Source of the DNA: an uncultured cyanobacterium
Lineage (GTDB): Bacteria; Cyanobacteriota; Cyanobacteriia; Pseudanabaenales; Pseudanabaenaceae
Direction of reading: 5' to 3'
Length of the DNA: 64,000 nucleotides
Assembly (NCBI GenBank): GCA_963703315.1
Contig: OY969811.1
Span: 2,592,001 to 2,656,000, forward strand
Positions 20,393 to 28,764 of this stretch are shown piece after piece; position 1 is the first letter of the stretch; the number at the start of each line of letters is the position of its first letter. The position numbers were made by a program, and so were the translations under genes. The notes under the pieces are model-generated. The model was not told the origin of the DNA, made no database searches, and saw only the letters and a list, made by a program, of their open reading frames with translations.

Positions 20393-21310
20393 CTACTTAT
20401 TTTCGATCGCTTTTTCTGTGAGACTTTGGAAATATAAGAAGCCCGCCGAGGTTAGGAAAGTGAAATAAGCGATCGCCTGTCCAAGAAATAGGCGATCGCG
20501 AAAGCCAAACATCGCCTTAAGTAATATGCCAGGGAATTGCTTGTCAGGGAGAATCTCATGGACATCCCACACTAAACCACCCAGTAAACAAGAACTAATT
20601 TCTGTAGTTGAAGATGTAGGAAAACAGATAGAAGTCTGTGCGAGTTCTGCCCATGCCGCGATCGCCTTATCAAGATGTCCAATCGCACTGATCACTAATC
20701 CTGCCACGATCAGTAATAGAAAAACTCCCATTGCTTGAAAAAACACCTTGAGATTAATGCGAATGCCAAATTGAAAGAGAGCCGTGCCAATCGCCACCGC
20801 ACCAACTAAACCAGCGATCGCACCGACAATTGGTACAAATCCGCCCTGTAGTTTTGCTGATATAAAGATTACGACTTCAAAACCTTCGCGCAATACTGCA
20901 ATGAGAATCAGCGTAAATACTGCCCAGCCAGCCGTTTGTTCATTAGCGATCGCCTTACCAATTTGTCCTTCGATTTCCCCCTTGAGCGCTTTCGCATTTT
21001 CGGTCATCCAGATCAACATCCAACTCAACATGGCGATTGCCGTGATGCCCAGAACTCCCTGCCACAACTGTCCATAAAAAGCTGCCTGTAATGGTTCTGT
21101 ATGTTCAACTCGTTGGAAGAACCAATTTAACAAGATTCCCACTGCCACGCTAGCCAATACACCCGTACCAATGCCGCCAAATACCCAAGGATTGAGCGCA
21201 CTGCGATCGGCTTTTTTGAGATATGCCATCACGATTCCCACCACAAGGGCAGCTTCTACGCCCTCCCGTAAGGTAATCGCAAAAATTGGTAATGCTGCAC
21301 TAAAATCCAT
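20393..21310 (-). CDS. FTR1-family iron permease
   Basis: Two RExxE motifs (LREGVE, LREGFE) and multiple TM helices. Confidence 0.9.
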   Translation of the reverse strand: MDFSAALPIFAITLREGVEAALVVGIVMAYLKKADRSALNPWVFGGIGTGVLASVAVGILLNWFFQRVEHTEPLQAAFYGQLWQGVLGITAIAMLSWMLIWMTENAKALKGEIEGQIGKAIANEQTAGWAVFTLILIAVLREGFEVVIFISAKLQGGFVPIVGAIAGLVGAVAIGTALFQFGIRINLKVFFQAMGVFLLLIVAGLVISAIGHLDKAIAAWAELAQTSICFPTSSTTEISSCLLGGLVWDVHEILPDKQFPGILLKAMFGFRDRLFLGQAIAYFTFLTSAGFLYFQSLTEKAIENK

Positions 21311-21324
21311 ATTTAATTTCTCTT

Positions 21325-21891
21325 TTAAAATATAATTCCACGATAAATTTCGGACATTGCTAGCTCAATATTCACTGAATTTAACAAGATTGATTTGTCT
21401 AAACTATCAAAATCACTAAGTAACCAACCATTCTCTTGTTTGTGATAACGTTCGACCAACGGTTCATCTTGTCTTACTAGTAGATATTCACAAAAACTGG
21501 GGATAGAACGATACATCCGAAACTTATTATTGCGATCATGTTGTTCTGTTGATGGAGAAAGTACTTCCACAATGAGAATAGGATTTAAAGCTTCATCTTT
21601 GCGCTCTCCATTGAGTTGAATAATGCCATCAAAAACCATTGCATCTGGATACACCCCACAATGATACTCAGGAAGCCATATTCGCAAGTCGTTGTTCATT
21701 GCTTCAAATTGAGTGTTGAGAAGCTTTGTATCCAAAAGCGTGACAATATTTCTGCCAATACGACTATGTTTAACCGTTCCACCTGTCATGTGGATAATTT
21801 CTCCATCATAAAATTCACAACGTCCTTCAGAGGTTTCAGCGATCGCCCGATATTCATCGAGACTGTAGCGGCGCTCAGCAATGGTAACCAT
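21325..21891 (-). CDS. Uma2-family endonuclease-like protein
   Basis: YPDAMV, IVEVLSPST, EYLLV. Confidence 0.88.
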   Translation of the reverse strand: MVTIAERRYSLDEYRAIAETSEGRCEFYDGEIIHMTGGTVKHSRIGRNIVTLLDTKLLNTQFEAMNNDLRIWLPEYHCGVYPDAMVFDGIIQLNGERKDEALNPILIVEVLSPSTEQHDRNNKFRMYRSIPSFCEYLLVRQDEPLVERYHKQENGWLLSDFDSLDKSILLNSVNIELAMSEIYRGIIF

Positions 21892-22038
21892 AGAGTTGTA
21901 CGCTGATTTTTAAGACAACAGTTCCTATTGTAATGCGATGAGAAAACAGGGGACTTAAGCCCCCTGTTTTAGAATGTTGCAAAACAAGCAATCATAGAGT
22001 TTAATTTATATAAGAAGACTCAACCATCAGATTTGTAA

Positions 22039-22755
22039 ATGAAAATATTTGTCTATCACACGCCTGAGTTAGTGCCTGCTGAAGGAAATCCAGATTGCGC
22101 GATCGCTGTTGATATTTTGCGAGCAACTACTACGATCGCTACAGCGCTTGCGGCAGGAGCCGAGGGAGTGCAAGTATTTTCTGATCTTGATGAGTTGATG
22201 CGTGTAAGTGAGGCACATCCGCCAGAGTTGCGGATCAGGGTTGGTGAACGGGGTGGTAAGACTGTAGAGGGTTGTGATTTGGGGAATTCGCCCTTTGACT
22301 TTACGCCTGAAGTGGTGAAGGGCAAGCGGATTTTTATGAGTACGACTAATGGCACGCGATCGCTGCAAAAAGTCCAAAATGCCAAGAGTGTTTTGGCTTG
22401 CGCGATGATTAATCTCGGCGCAGTACTGAAATATTTGCGCGAAACTAAACCTGAAATTGTGTGGATTGTTGGTTCGGGCTGGGAAGGTAGCTACTCGCTC
22501 GAAGATACCACCTGTGCGGGGGCGATCGCGGCTAATCTCGAAAATGAGGCTGATTTTGGTAATGATGAAGCTGTCGCCGCAGCGACTCTATACAAGGCTT
22601 GGAAGGGTGAAGTTGAGGAGTTATTTTATCAAGCTAGTCACGGCAAACGCTTACTAAACCTTGATTGTGCTGAAGATATTGCCTATTGTGCCAAGATTGA
22701 TGTTGTTGATGTATTGCCCAAGCAATCTAGTGCAGGCTTACTAGTTGCTGCCTAG
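22039..22755 (+). CDS. comB: 2-phosphosulfolactate phosphatase family protein
   Basis: [30 protein letters not shown]. Confidence 0.88.
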   Translation: MKIFVYHTPELVPAEGNPDCAIAVDILRATTTIATALAAGAEGVQVFSDLDELMRVSEAHPPELRIRVGERGGKTVEGCDLGNSPFDFTPEVVKGKRIFMSTTNGTRSLQKVQNAKSVLACAMINLGAVLKYLRETKPEIVWIVGSGWEGSYSLEDTTCAGAIAANLENEADFGNDEAVAAATLYKAWKGEVEELFYQASHGKRLLNLDCAEDIAYCAKIDVVDVLPKQSSAGLLVAA

Positions 22756-22855
22756 TATAGCGATTTTCATTTTGCCGTAGGCAAAATGAAAACTCAAAAC
22801 CTTTACTGGAATTGATTTTTTCAAATGAGTACGCACTCATTTGAAAACCGCTATA
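22756..22855. repeat. TATAGC...GCTATA-bounded palindromic element with two internal hairpins
   Basis: TTTTCATTTTGCC-GTA-GGCAAAATGAAAA and TTTTCAAATGAGT..ACTCATTTGAAAA. Confidence 0.65.
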
Positions 22856-22892
22856 GTACTAGATCGAGTAAGCATTAATTTCCCTTGTCGCC

Positions 22893-23774
22893 ATGCCACC
22901 GTCTCACCGTTCCTCTCTGCTCATGACTCCCTTGGCAAAACAAGTGGCAAATGTTAGTGGGTCTCTATCAAAGCCAGAACGTCTTACTCCTCCTCTAAAA
23001 TGGGCTGGTGGTAAACGTTGGCTTGTGCCGTATTTGCAGGATACTTGGCAAAAACACAGCAATCGCCGTTTGGTAGAGCCATTTTGTGGAGGTTTAGCGA
23101 TCGCTTTAGGCTTACACCCCCAAAAAGCCTTGCTAAATGACATCAATCCCCATGTAATCAATTTCTATAAATGTTTGCAAAAAGGTTTGAAACTAGAAAT
23201 TGATACCGAAAACCTTCGTGATTTTTACTATGCTCAGAGAGTCGAATTTAATCGCTTAATCCAAGTTGGTGAAGCGGATACACCAAAAGCTGCACAACTG
23301 TTTTATTATCTAAATCGTACAGGCTATAATGGGCTTTGTCGGTTTAATCAGAAGGGTGGTTTTAACGTTCCCTTTGGAAAATACAAAAAGATTAATTACA
23401 ACGAAGATTTTTCAGCGTATAAAGCGATACTTTCGCAATGGAAATTTACGAATACAGATTTTGGCAAAATTAAAATTAACTCAAATGATCTGATTTACGC
23501 AGATCCCCCCTACGATGTCGAGTTTCGCCAATATTCTAGAAATGGCTTTGAATGGTCAGAGCAAGAACGTCTAGCCCAATGGTTAGCCAATCAAAATTGT
23601 CCTGCGATCGCCTCCAATCAAGCGACTGATCGCATTCTTTCTCTGTATAGAGATTTAGGATTTGAATATAAAATTCTCGATGCCCCAAGACGGATTAGTT
23701 GCAATGGCGATCGCGTTCCTGCTAAGGAAATGCTTGCCTATAAGGGCTTTGCTAAGGGACTAGAACTATCATGA
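22893..23774 (+). CDS. Dam-like (D12 class) DNA adenine methyltransferase
   Basis: LKWAGGK, EPFCGG, YNGLCRFN..GGFNVPFG, YADPPY. Confidence 0.92.
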   Translation: MPPSHRSSLLMTPLAKQVANVSGSLSKPERLTPPLKWAGGKRWLVPYLQDTWQKHSNRRLVEPFCGGLAIALGLHPQKALLNDINPHVINFYKCLQKGLKLEIDTENLRDFYYAQRVEFNRLIQVGEADTPKAAQLFYYLNRTGYNGLCRFNQKGGFNVPFGKYKKINYNEDFSAYKAILSQWKFTNTDFGKIKINSNDLIYADPPYDVEFRQYSRNGFEWSEQERLAQWLANQNCPAIASNQATDRILSLYRDLGFEYKILDAPRRISCNGDRVPAKEMLAYKGFAKGLELS

Positions 23775-24190
23775 GTCTGCGGAATACAGAAACTGGTGCA
23801 GTTTTAGAGCAGATGGTATTGCATTCTTTAATTTATGGTGGTTATCTCTATCAGTCACAGCAATATATTGGTAGTCGTCCAGGGGGAGGTAAACATAAGA
23901 TTGATGTCGTTGCAAATCGAGGCGATCGCAATATTCTGATTTCTCTCAAATGGCAACAGGTAGGCGGTACTGCCGAGCAGAAAGTTCCCTTTGAAGTAAT
24001 TTGCTTGATGGATGCAATGGAGCAAAATCCCAATTATCAAAAGGCATATTTGGTACTCGGTGGTGAAGGTTGGACTTTACGTGAGTTCTACATTTCAGGT
24101 GATTTGCAACAATATATCCCCTATGGCGATCGCGTAGAGATTATTACCCTTGAAAGGTTTATTATGAAAGCAAATACAGGCAAGCTTTAG
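23771..24190 (+). CDS. Small PD-(D/E)XK-superfamily nuclease, putative restriction partner
   Basis: ATGA overlap with the methylase; E..KIDVV..ISLKWQ..GGTAEQK pattern. Confidence 0.65.
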   Translation: MSLRNTETGAVLEQMVLHSLIYGGYLYQSQQYIGSRPGGGKHKIDVVANRGDRNILISLKWQQVGGTAEQKVPFEVICLMDAMEQNPNYQKAYLVLGGEGWTLREFYISGDLQQYIPYGDRVEIITLERFIMKANTGKL

Positions 24191-24202
24191 TAGATCAAAA
24201 CC

Positions 24203-24835
24203 CTACCGTGAAACTCTAGCTCGATATAATAGCTTTTCTCCCTGCATATAGCCAACATATCGCACGATCGCTATATCACCTTCTTCTATTTCCTCACTTC
24301 CTTCCATTAGTTGATGCTTTTGGGTGTCGTAAGAGATTTCTGCGCCAACAGCACCGATCACACTAATTCCCCATCGCTGTAAGAGAGCATCGAGAGGGCG
24401 TAACAAAGGCAAGATATTTTTGGCAAGCATATTCGGATTGTTCTGAGCCGCATGAGCCGCCGATGGTAATTGCAGAAGAAGAGATTCCAATTGTTGAATT
24501 GTTTCTAATTCAAACTGCGATCGCCATTCTTGTTTTTGAGTCTCTAACTTCTGCTGCAACCTTTGATACTCCTCACGCAAAGCTGCAACTTCAGAGATTT
24601 TGGATGCTGGATTACTTGACGATTCCGTAATGAATTTAGCAATCAATTCATCTATCTCAATCTGTAATACTGCTGCTAACTTTGCTAAATCGGCATATTT
24701 TAAATTTGACCCATTGCCCTTGCGAAGGGTATCGATCGCCCGACGTGATACCCCTGTGCGATCGCTGAGGGCTTGAAAGCTAGCTATATTAGCTAACTTC
24801 ATCAGTTGTCGTAATATTTCTGTACGATCATTCAT
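24203..24835 (-). CDS. XRE-type HTH + coiled-coil + GrpE-like C-terminal domain protein
   Basis: SFQALSDRTGVSRRAIDTL; YDTQKHQL...VRYVGY..GEKLLYRARV; start moved to MNDRTE because the upstream ATG is inside a hairpin. Confidence 0.7.
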   Translation of the reverse strand: MNDRTEILRQLMKLANIASFQALSDRTGVSRRAIDTLRKGNGSNLKYADLAKLAAVLQIEIDELIAKFITESSSNPASKISEVAALREEYQRLQQKLETQKQEWRSQFELETIQQLESLLLQLPSAAHAAQNNPNMLAKNILPLLRPLDALLQRWGISVIGAVGAEISYDTQKHQLMEGSEEIEEGDIAIVRYVGYMQGEKLLYRARVSR

Positions 24836-24924
24836 AGTTTTGTGATGAATTATAAAAATGAAGAAAGCCTTGCATAGCAAGGCTTTCTTCATTTTATCTG
24901 TTACGGAGAATTAACATCTATAGA

Positions 24925-26154
24925 CTAGAGCATTAAATCAGAGTTTAAAGTCACAGCTAGATCAGTATTGGGGTTAACAGAAGAAAGAGTCACACTGTCA
25001 CGTCCGATAAATAGACCGATCAATGAGGTAATAGCGGCTCCACCAAGCACTTCCTCAGTGGCGATCGCCCGATCACCCGTAACACCAGCGATCGCTGCTG
25101 CTGCTGCTGCACCGAGAGCCGCATTTTGGACAATCTTACCAACGCCTAAGCCTTTATCAACTTTCTCAGTTGTAGTGACAACCTTAGAGGTTCCATTGAT
25201 TGCAACTCTACGACCATTGGCAAACACCAATTCACTCGCAAAGAACTGAGAACCACCTGACACAGTGCGTAATTCACCAACTACTTGAGAACCCGCAGGG
25301 ATCAAAATTGTGCCTTGAGAATTGGCAATATTTTGAGACACCGTGAGAGTTAGAGGTACTTTTTCATCAGGACCCAACAGAATTTTGTCCTTGGCATACT
25401 GAACCGCGATCTTATTACCTGCGGGAATTCTGACTTGGTTCTGTACTGGTGGTGTGGTTGTTGTTTGACCCACAATGTAAGGTGAAGCGATCGCTGTTAC
25501 CTGACCAGATTTCACCAAGGATTGATAGATAAATGCCGCAACTTCGGCTCTAGTGGCGGGTTGGTTCGGATTTAAAAACTGCACATTAGGATAATTAACT
25601 ACTAAGCTGTTTTCCGTTGCCGCAGCTACGCTATTTCTTGCATAGCTAGGAATACCAGCAGCATCCGCATAGGTTTGTAAAATGGTCTCAGGAGCTTGAG
25701 TAGTAGTGTAATTCAGCCCATTAGCAAGAGAGACTAAGATTTGCACACGGGGGATATTTTGCCCTGGTGAGAAGACATTACCTGGATAGCCAGATAAAAA
25801 TCCTGTTGTATATGATTTCTGAATTGCCGAGGCAGCCCAATAATTGGAATCTACATCCACAAAACTAACCCCACCCCTGATTGGCGCTTTGTTTGTAGCT
25901 TTGCTGAGAATTGCAGCAAACTGCGCTCTAGTTACTGGATCATTTGGTCGAAATCCCCCATCAGGAAAGCCTTTAAGAATATCTCTGGAAGCCAATTCTT
26001 GGATAAAAGGCTGCGCCCAATATCCCGCAGGCACATCATTAAACGTCGTCTGAGCAAATGCGGAGGCTGTGCTAAATAGAGGAAGCACTGAGCTACTAAC
26101 AAAGGTAGCAGCAACAAACAATGCAGTACCAGAACGTCTACTGTGAGTTTTCAT
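24925..26154 (-). CDS. S-layer homology (SLH) domain protein
   Basis: Signal peptide, FNDVPAGYWA, GFPDGGFRPNDPVTRAQFAA, ATRAEVAA. Confidence 0.9.
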   Translation of the reverse strand: MKTHSRRSGTALFVAATFVSSSVLPLFSTASAFAQTTFNDVPAGYWAQPFIQELASRDILKGFPDGGFRPNDPVTRAQFAAILSKATNKAPIRGGVSFVDVDSNYWAASAIQKSYTTGFLSGYPGNVFSPGQNIPRVQILVSLANGLNYTTTQAPETILQTYADAAGIPSYARNSVAAATENSLVVNYPNVQFLNPNQPATRAEVAAFIYQSLVKSGQVTAIASPYIVGQTTTTPPVQNQVRIPAGNKIAVQYAKDKILLGPDEKVPLTLTVSQNIANSQGTILIPAGSQVVGELRTVSGGSQFFASELVFANGRRVAINGTSKVVTTTEKVDKGLGVGKIVQNAALGAAAAAAIAGVTGDRAIATEEVLGGAAITSLIGLFIGRDSVTLSSVNPNTDLAVTLNSDLML

Positions 26155-26382
26155 TTTGAATTTTCTCCTAAATATATACAGTCATGCATATTTCACCCAA
26201 GACTGTATATTTAAACTAAAGGTTCCTGAAAGGTTATCGAATATATCACTGCTATATTTAACAATTTGTTAGTATTTTCGCGTAATAGTTAAATAAATCA
26301 AACATATCAAACATAAAATACGTTAAATCAATCATTACTCGCATATTTAGGCTATTTTTATGCTTTTATAACCCACTCACTA

Positions 26383-27449
26383 GGCACTGGTCAGTTAATT
26401 AGTGAGGTAATGAAAGCCCCTTAATGATAGTAATTCCAGCATAGAAACGGGACGATTAAAAAGTCCGATTGCCATAGCAGGGGTCTTGTTCTTGCCCAAA
26501 CCCTCATGAGGTCGTACCCAATTGTGAATTAAGCGTTGTACCGTGACTGCTCGTTGCAAGCCCTCGGTATTTTTAGCATACAGGTTTTGTCTGCGGCGAA
26601 AAGCACTACACCTTCTTCTCAAAGCACTGTTGTTAGCTTCATTATGATTAGCATGAACGTCACTCTTATCGCTGATGGCAGTATAAGGATGCTCAGGTTT
26701 GACCCATTCGACTCGACGCTTTCCCTGTGAACCTTTAATTTTCATGGCAACTTCCAATCCATAGCGCCATACCTTGCGATGTCCATATTCACGAGTGACT
26801 TCCGATGATTTGAGATAAACACTTGCCATTTGCCATAGTTGTTGAGCGTAGCGTCTTTCACCATCGGTAAACCATCGAATGTATTGACTAGTTTTTGCCC
26901 ATGACCATGCAGTGTTGATGGCTTGCTTAAATAAGTCCGTTGTTTTCATTCCTGCTTTTGCTTCAATCCAGTAGCGACTCCCACGCTCAATAAATGTGAT
27001 TGTCCACCCTTTTGACTCTGAGGGGGGGGAGGTTCTCGCCTACGCGAGTGTAAACCTCATCTCCCTCGACTGTTATATCTCCTCCTGTTGGGGCATCTGG
27101 ACTCCATTGCTGTGACTGAGTTGCCAATTTTTGCTCCCATCTCATGATGCTGACATGAGATTTTTCTAGAACTCTTCCACTGGCTCTAATCCCCATTCCT
27201 TCACTCCTCATCTTAAGTGCTAATGAAACCACATTTTCTGGTGTTCTCAGCCTTGACATTGGCGTTCCTGTCCTTTCACTGAATCTTTTGCCGCATTCTT
27301 TGCATAAATAGTTTTGGATGGCTTTGCCGTCTTGATGGTGATGTTTGCCATTTTTGATGATCTTTTGACTATCGCAGTGGGGGCATTCCATAGCTTTTTC
27401 CTTTACTCTGCCTCTATTTTCTCATATCACTAATTTACTGACCAGTGCC
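26383..27449 (-). mobile_element. IS1-family insertion sequence
   Basis: 23-bp TIRs GGCACTGGTCAGT(T/A)AATTAGTGA with 1 mismatch; InsA-like and DDE ORFs; no target duplication visible. Confidence 0.88.
26395..27391 (-). CDS. IS1-family transposase split by a frameshift at a C8 tract
   Basis: CPHC..CKEC zinc ribbon + HTH + GDEVYT in ORF1; FTDG and NHNEANNSALRRR in ORF2; G8 at 27022-27029 on the + strand. Confidence 0.8.
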
Positions 27450-27531
27450 TTGAACGATAACGTTTAGCTAATTGACTAAGATCTTTTTTGAAACGGGAAG
27501 TCAGAAAAATTTCGATAGAATTACTCGACAT
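27450..27531 (-). pseudogene. 5' fragment of a RelE/HigB-like toxin cut by the IS
   Basis: Hand translation MSSNSIEIFLTSRFKKDLSQLAKRYRS, overlapping the antitoxin stop and ending at the IS boundary. Confidence 0.7.
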
Positions 27532-27757
27532 CAATCCCTTCCCACATCTGAGATAGAGGAATAGTTTGCCCCCTCATCGCCTCTTTGAGTCCTTGTTTAA
27601 TACCCTCGATAACAATATCGTCAGGGGTGTCATCAAGATCGTTACGGGTTTTTTGGACTAAATATTGTAAAACTTCTTGCTGCTCATTAAGTGAAAGTTG
27701 ATCGATTAAAGTAAAAACCTGCTCTTTTGTGATTTGCAAAGTTAGCATAACTGTCAA
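27521..27757 (-). CDS. Probable type II antitoxin
   Basis: Small acidic protein ending IKQGLKEAMRGQTIPLSQMWEGID, upstream of the RelE-like fragment. Confidence 0.65.
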   Translation of the reverse strand: MTVMLTLQITKEQVFTLIDQLSLNEQQEVLQYLVQKTRNDLDDTPDDIVIEGIKQGLKEAMRGQTIPLSQMWEGIDVE

Positions 27758-28052
27758 TTCCCTTAAGTGTTATTCATAAATTTAGCAAAATATTATTTTC
27801 TATTGCCTAAGTTATAACGGCACATCAATTCCCCACTCCTCACAAAAGCCCCGAATCAGGCGATCGCATCAACAATCTATCTCTTAAAAACGATTACGAT
27901 ACTCGCCAACTGAGAATAATAGAATAAGCGATCGCAGTTTGATATTGGGTAATTAGGCGATCGCACAAAATCTTTAAGCCGCAGCAAGCTCATATTGCGG
28001 CGTTGCATACATTCATGATGAATATGTGCAACACCGATATTTAGAGCAGTAC

Positions 28053-28646
28053 TTAGGGATTCAATTCGTTGATTACTTTGTCAGTTTTACGGAACTTTAA
28101 TTCGGGAGGAGCATCGGGTAAATGCAGCAAGTCGCGAATTGCGGTGTCTAATTCTTCAAAACCAAAAATTCCTTCTTGATCAAAAGTAACTTTGCCATCA
28201 CCTGAGATCAAAACTGTCTGTGGGACTGTCCCTTTGTAGTAATAGGCTTCTTCAGTGGGAGCATAGCTATCTTTTTGTAAGTTTAAACTATCAACAGGAA
28301 CGGCAATCAAGCTGAGTGATTTCCCATAAAATCCCTGAGCAAGGTTGAGAATTGGAGAAAATCTCTTGCAGTCAGCACTATCATCGACATAGAAAACTAA
28401 CATGGCTGCTCGCCCAATTTCAAGGGATTGGGATAAGCTAATTCGCGGTGGGACGATTGAACCATTGCCACCATAGAGAGCGAATATATTGCCATCATAG
28501 GTATCATCAGTGAGTTTTGCCTCTACAGGTTGAGCGTTACCCAATAATGCCCCTAGCATGAGGCTAAGGCTTAGAAAACTAGCGATCGCTACACAAAGTC
28601 CTAAATAAAAATATTTCTTCAGCCAATTTTTCATCATTATTATCAA
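28053..28646 (-). CDS. Thioredoxin-like thylakoid photosystem I accumulation factor family protein
   Basis: DDTYDGNIFALYGGNGSIVPPR, FYVDDSADCK, YYKGTVPQT. Confidence 0.7.
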   Translation of the reverse strand: MIIMMKNWLKKYFYLGLCVAIASFLSLSLMLGALLGNAQPVEAKLTDDTYDGNIFALYGGNGSIVPPRISLSQSLEIGRAAMLVFYVDDSADCKRFSPILNLAQGFYGKSLSLIAVPVDSLNLQKDSYAPTEEAYYYKGTVPQTVLISGDGKVTFDQEGIFGFEELDTAIRDLLHLPDAPPELKFRKTDKVINELNP

Positions 28647-28764
28647 TATAGACTCTCAGTTATAGTTTGCATTGGCTTATCGTCCTGTAAACCATAGTTA
28701 ACAAAGCGATTATATAGCAGTAGCTAGATCTCTATAGAAAAGGCGGCGCTTTGCGCCGCCTTTT

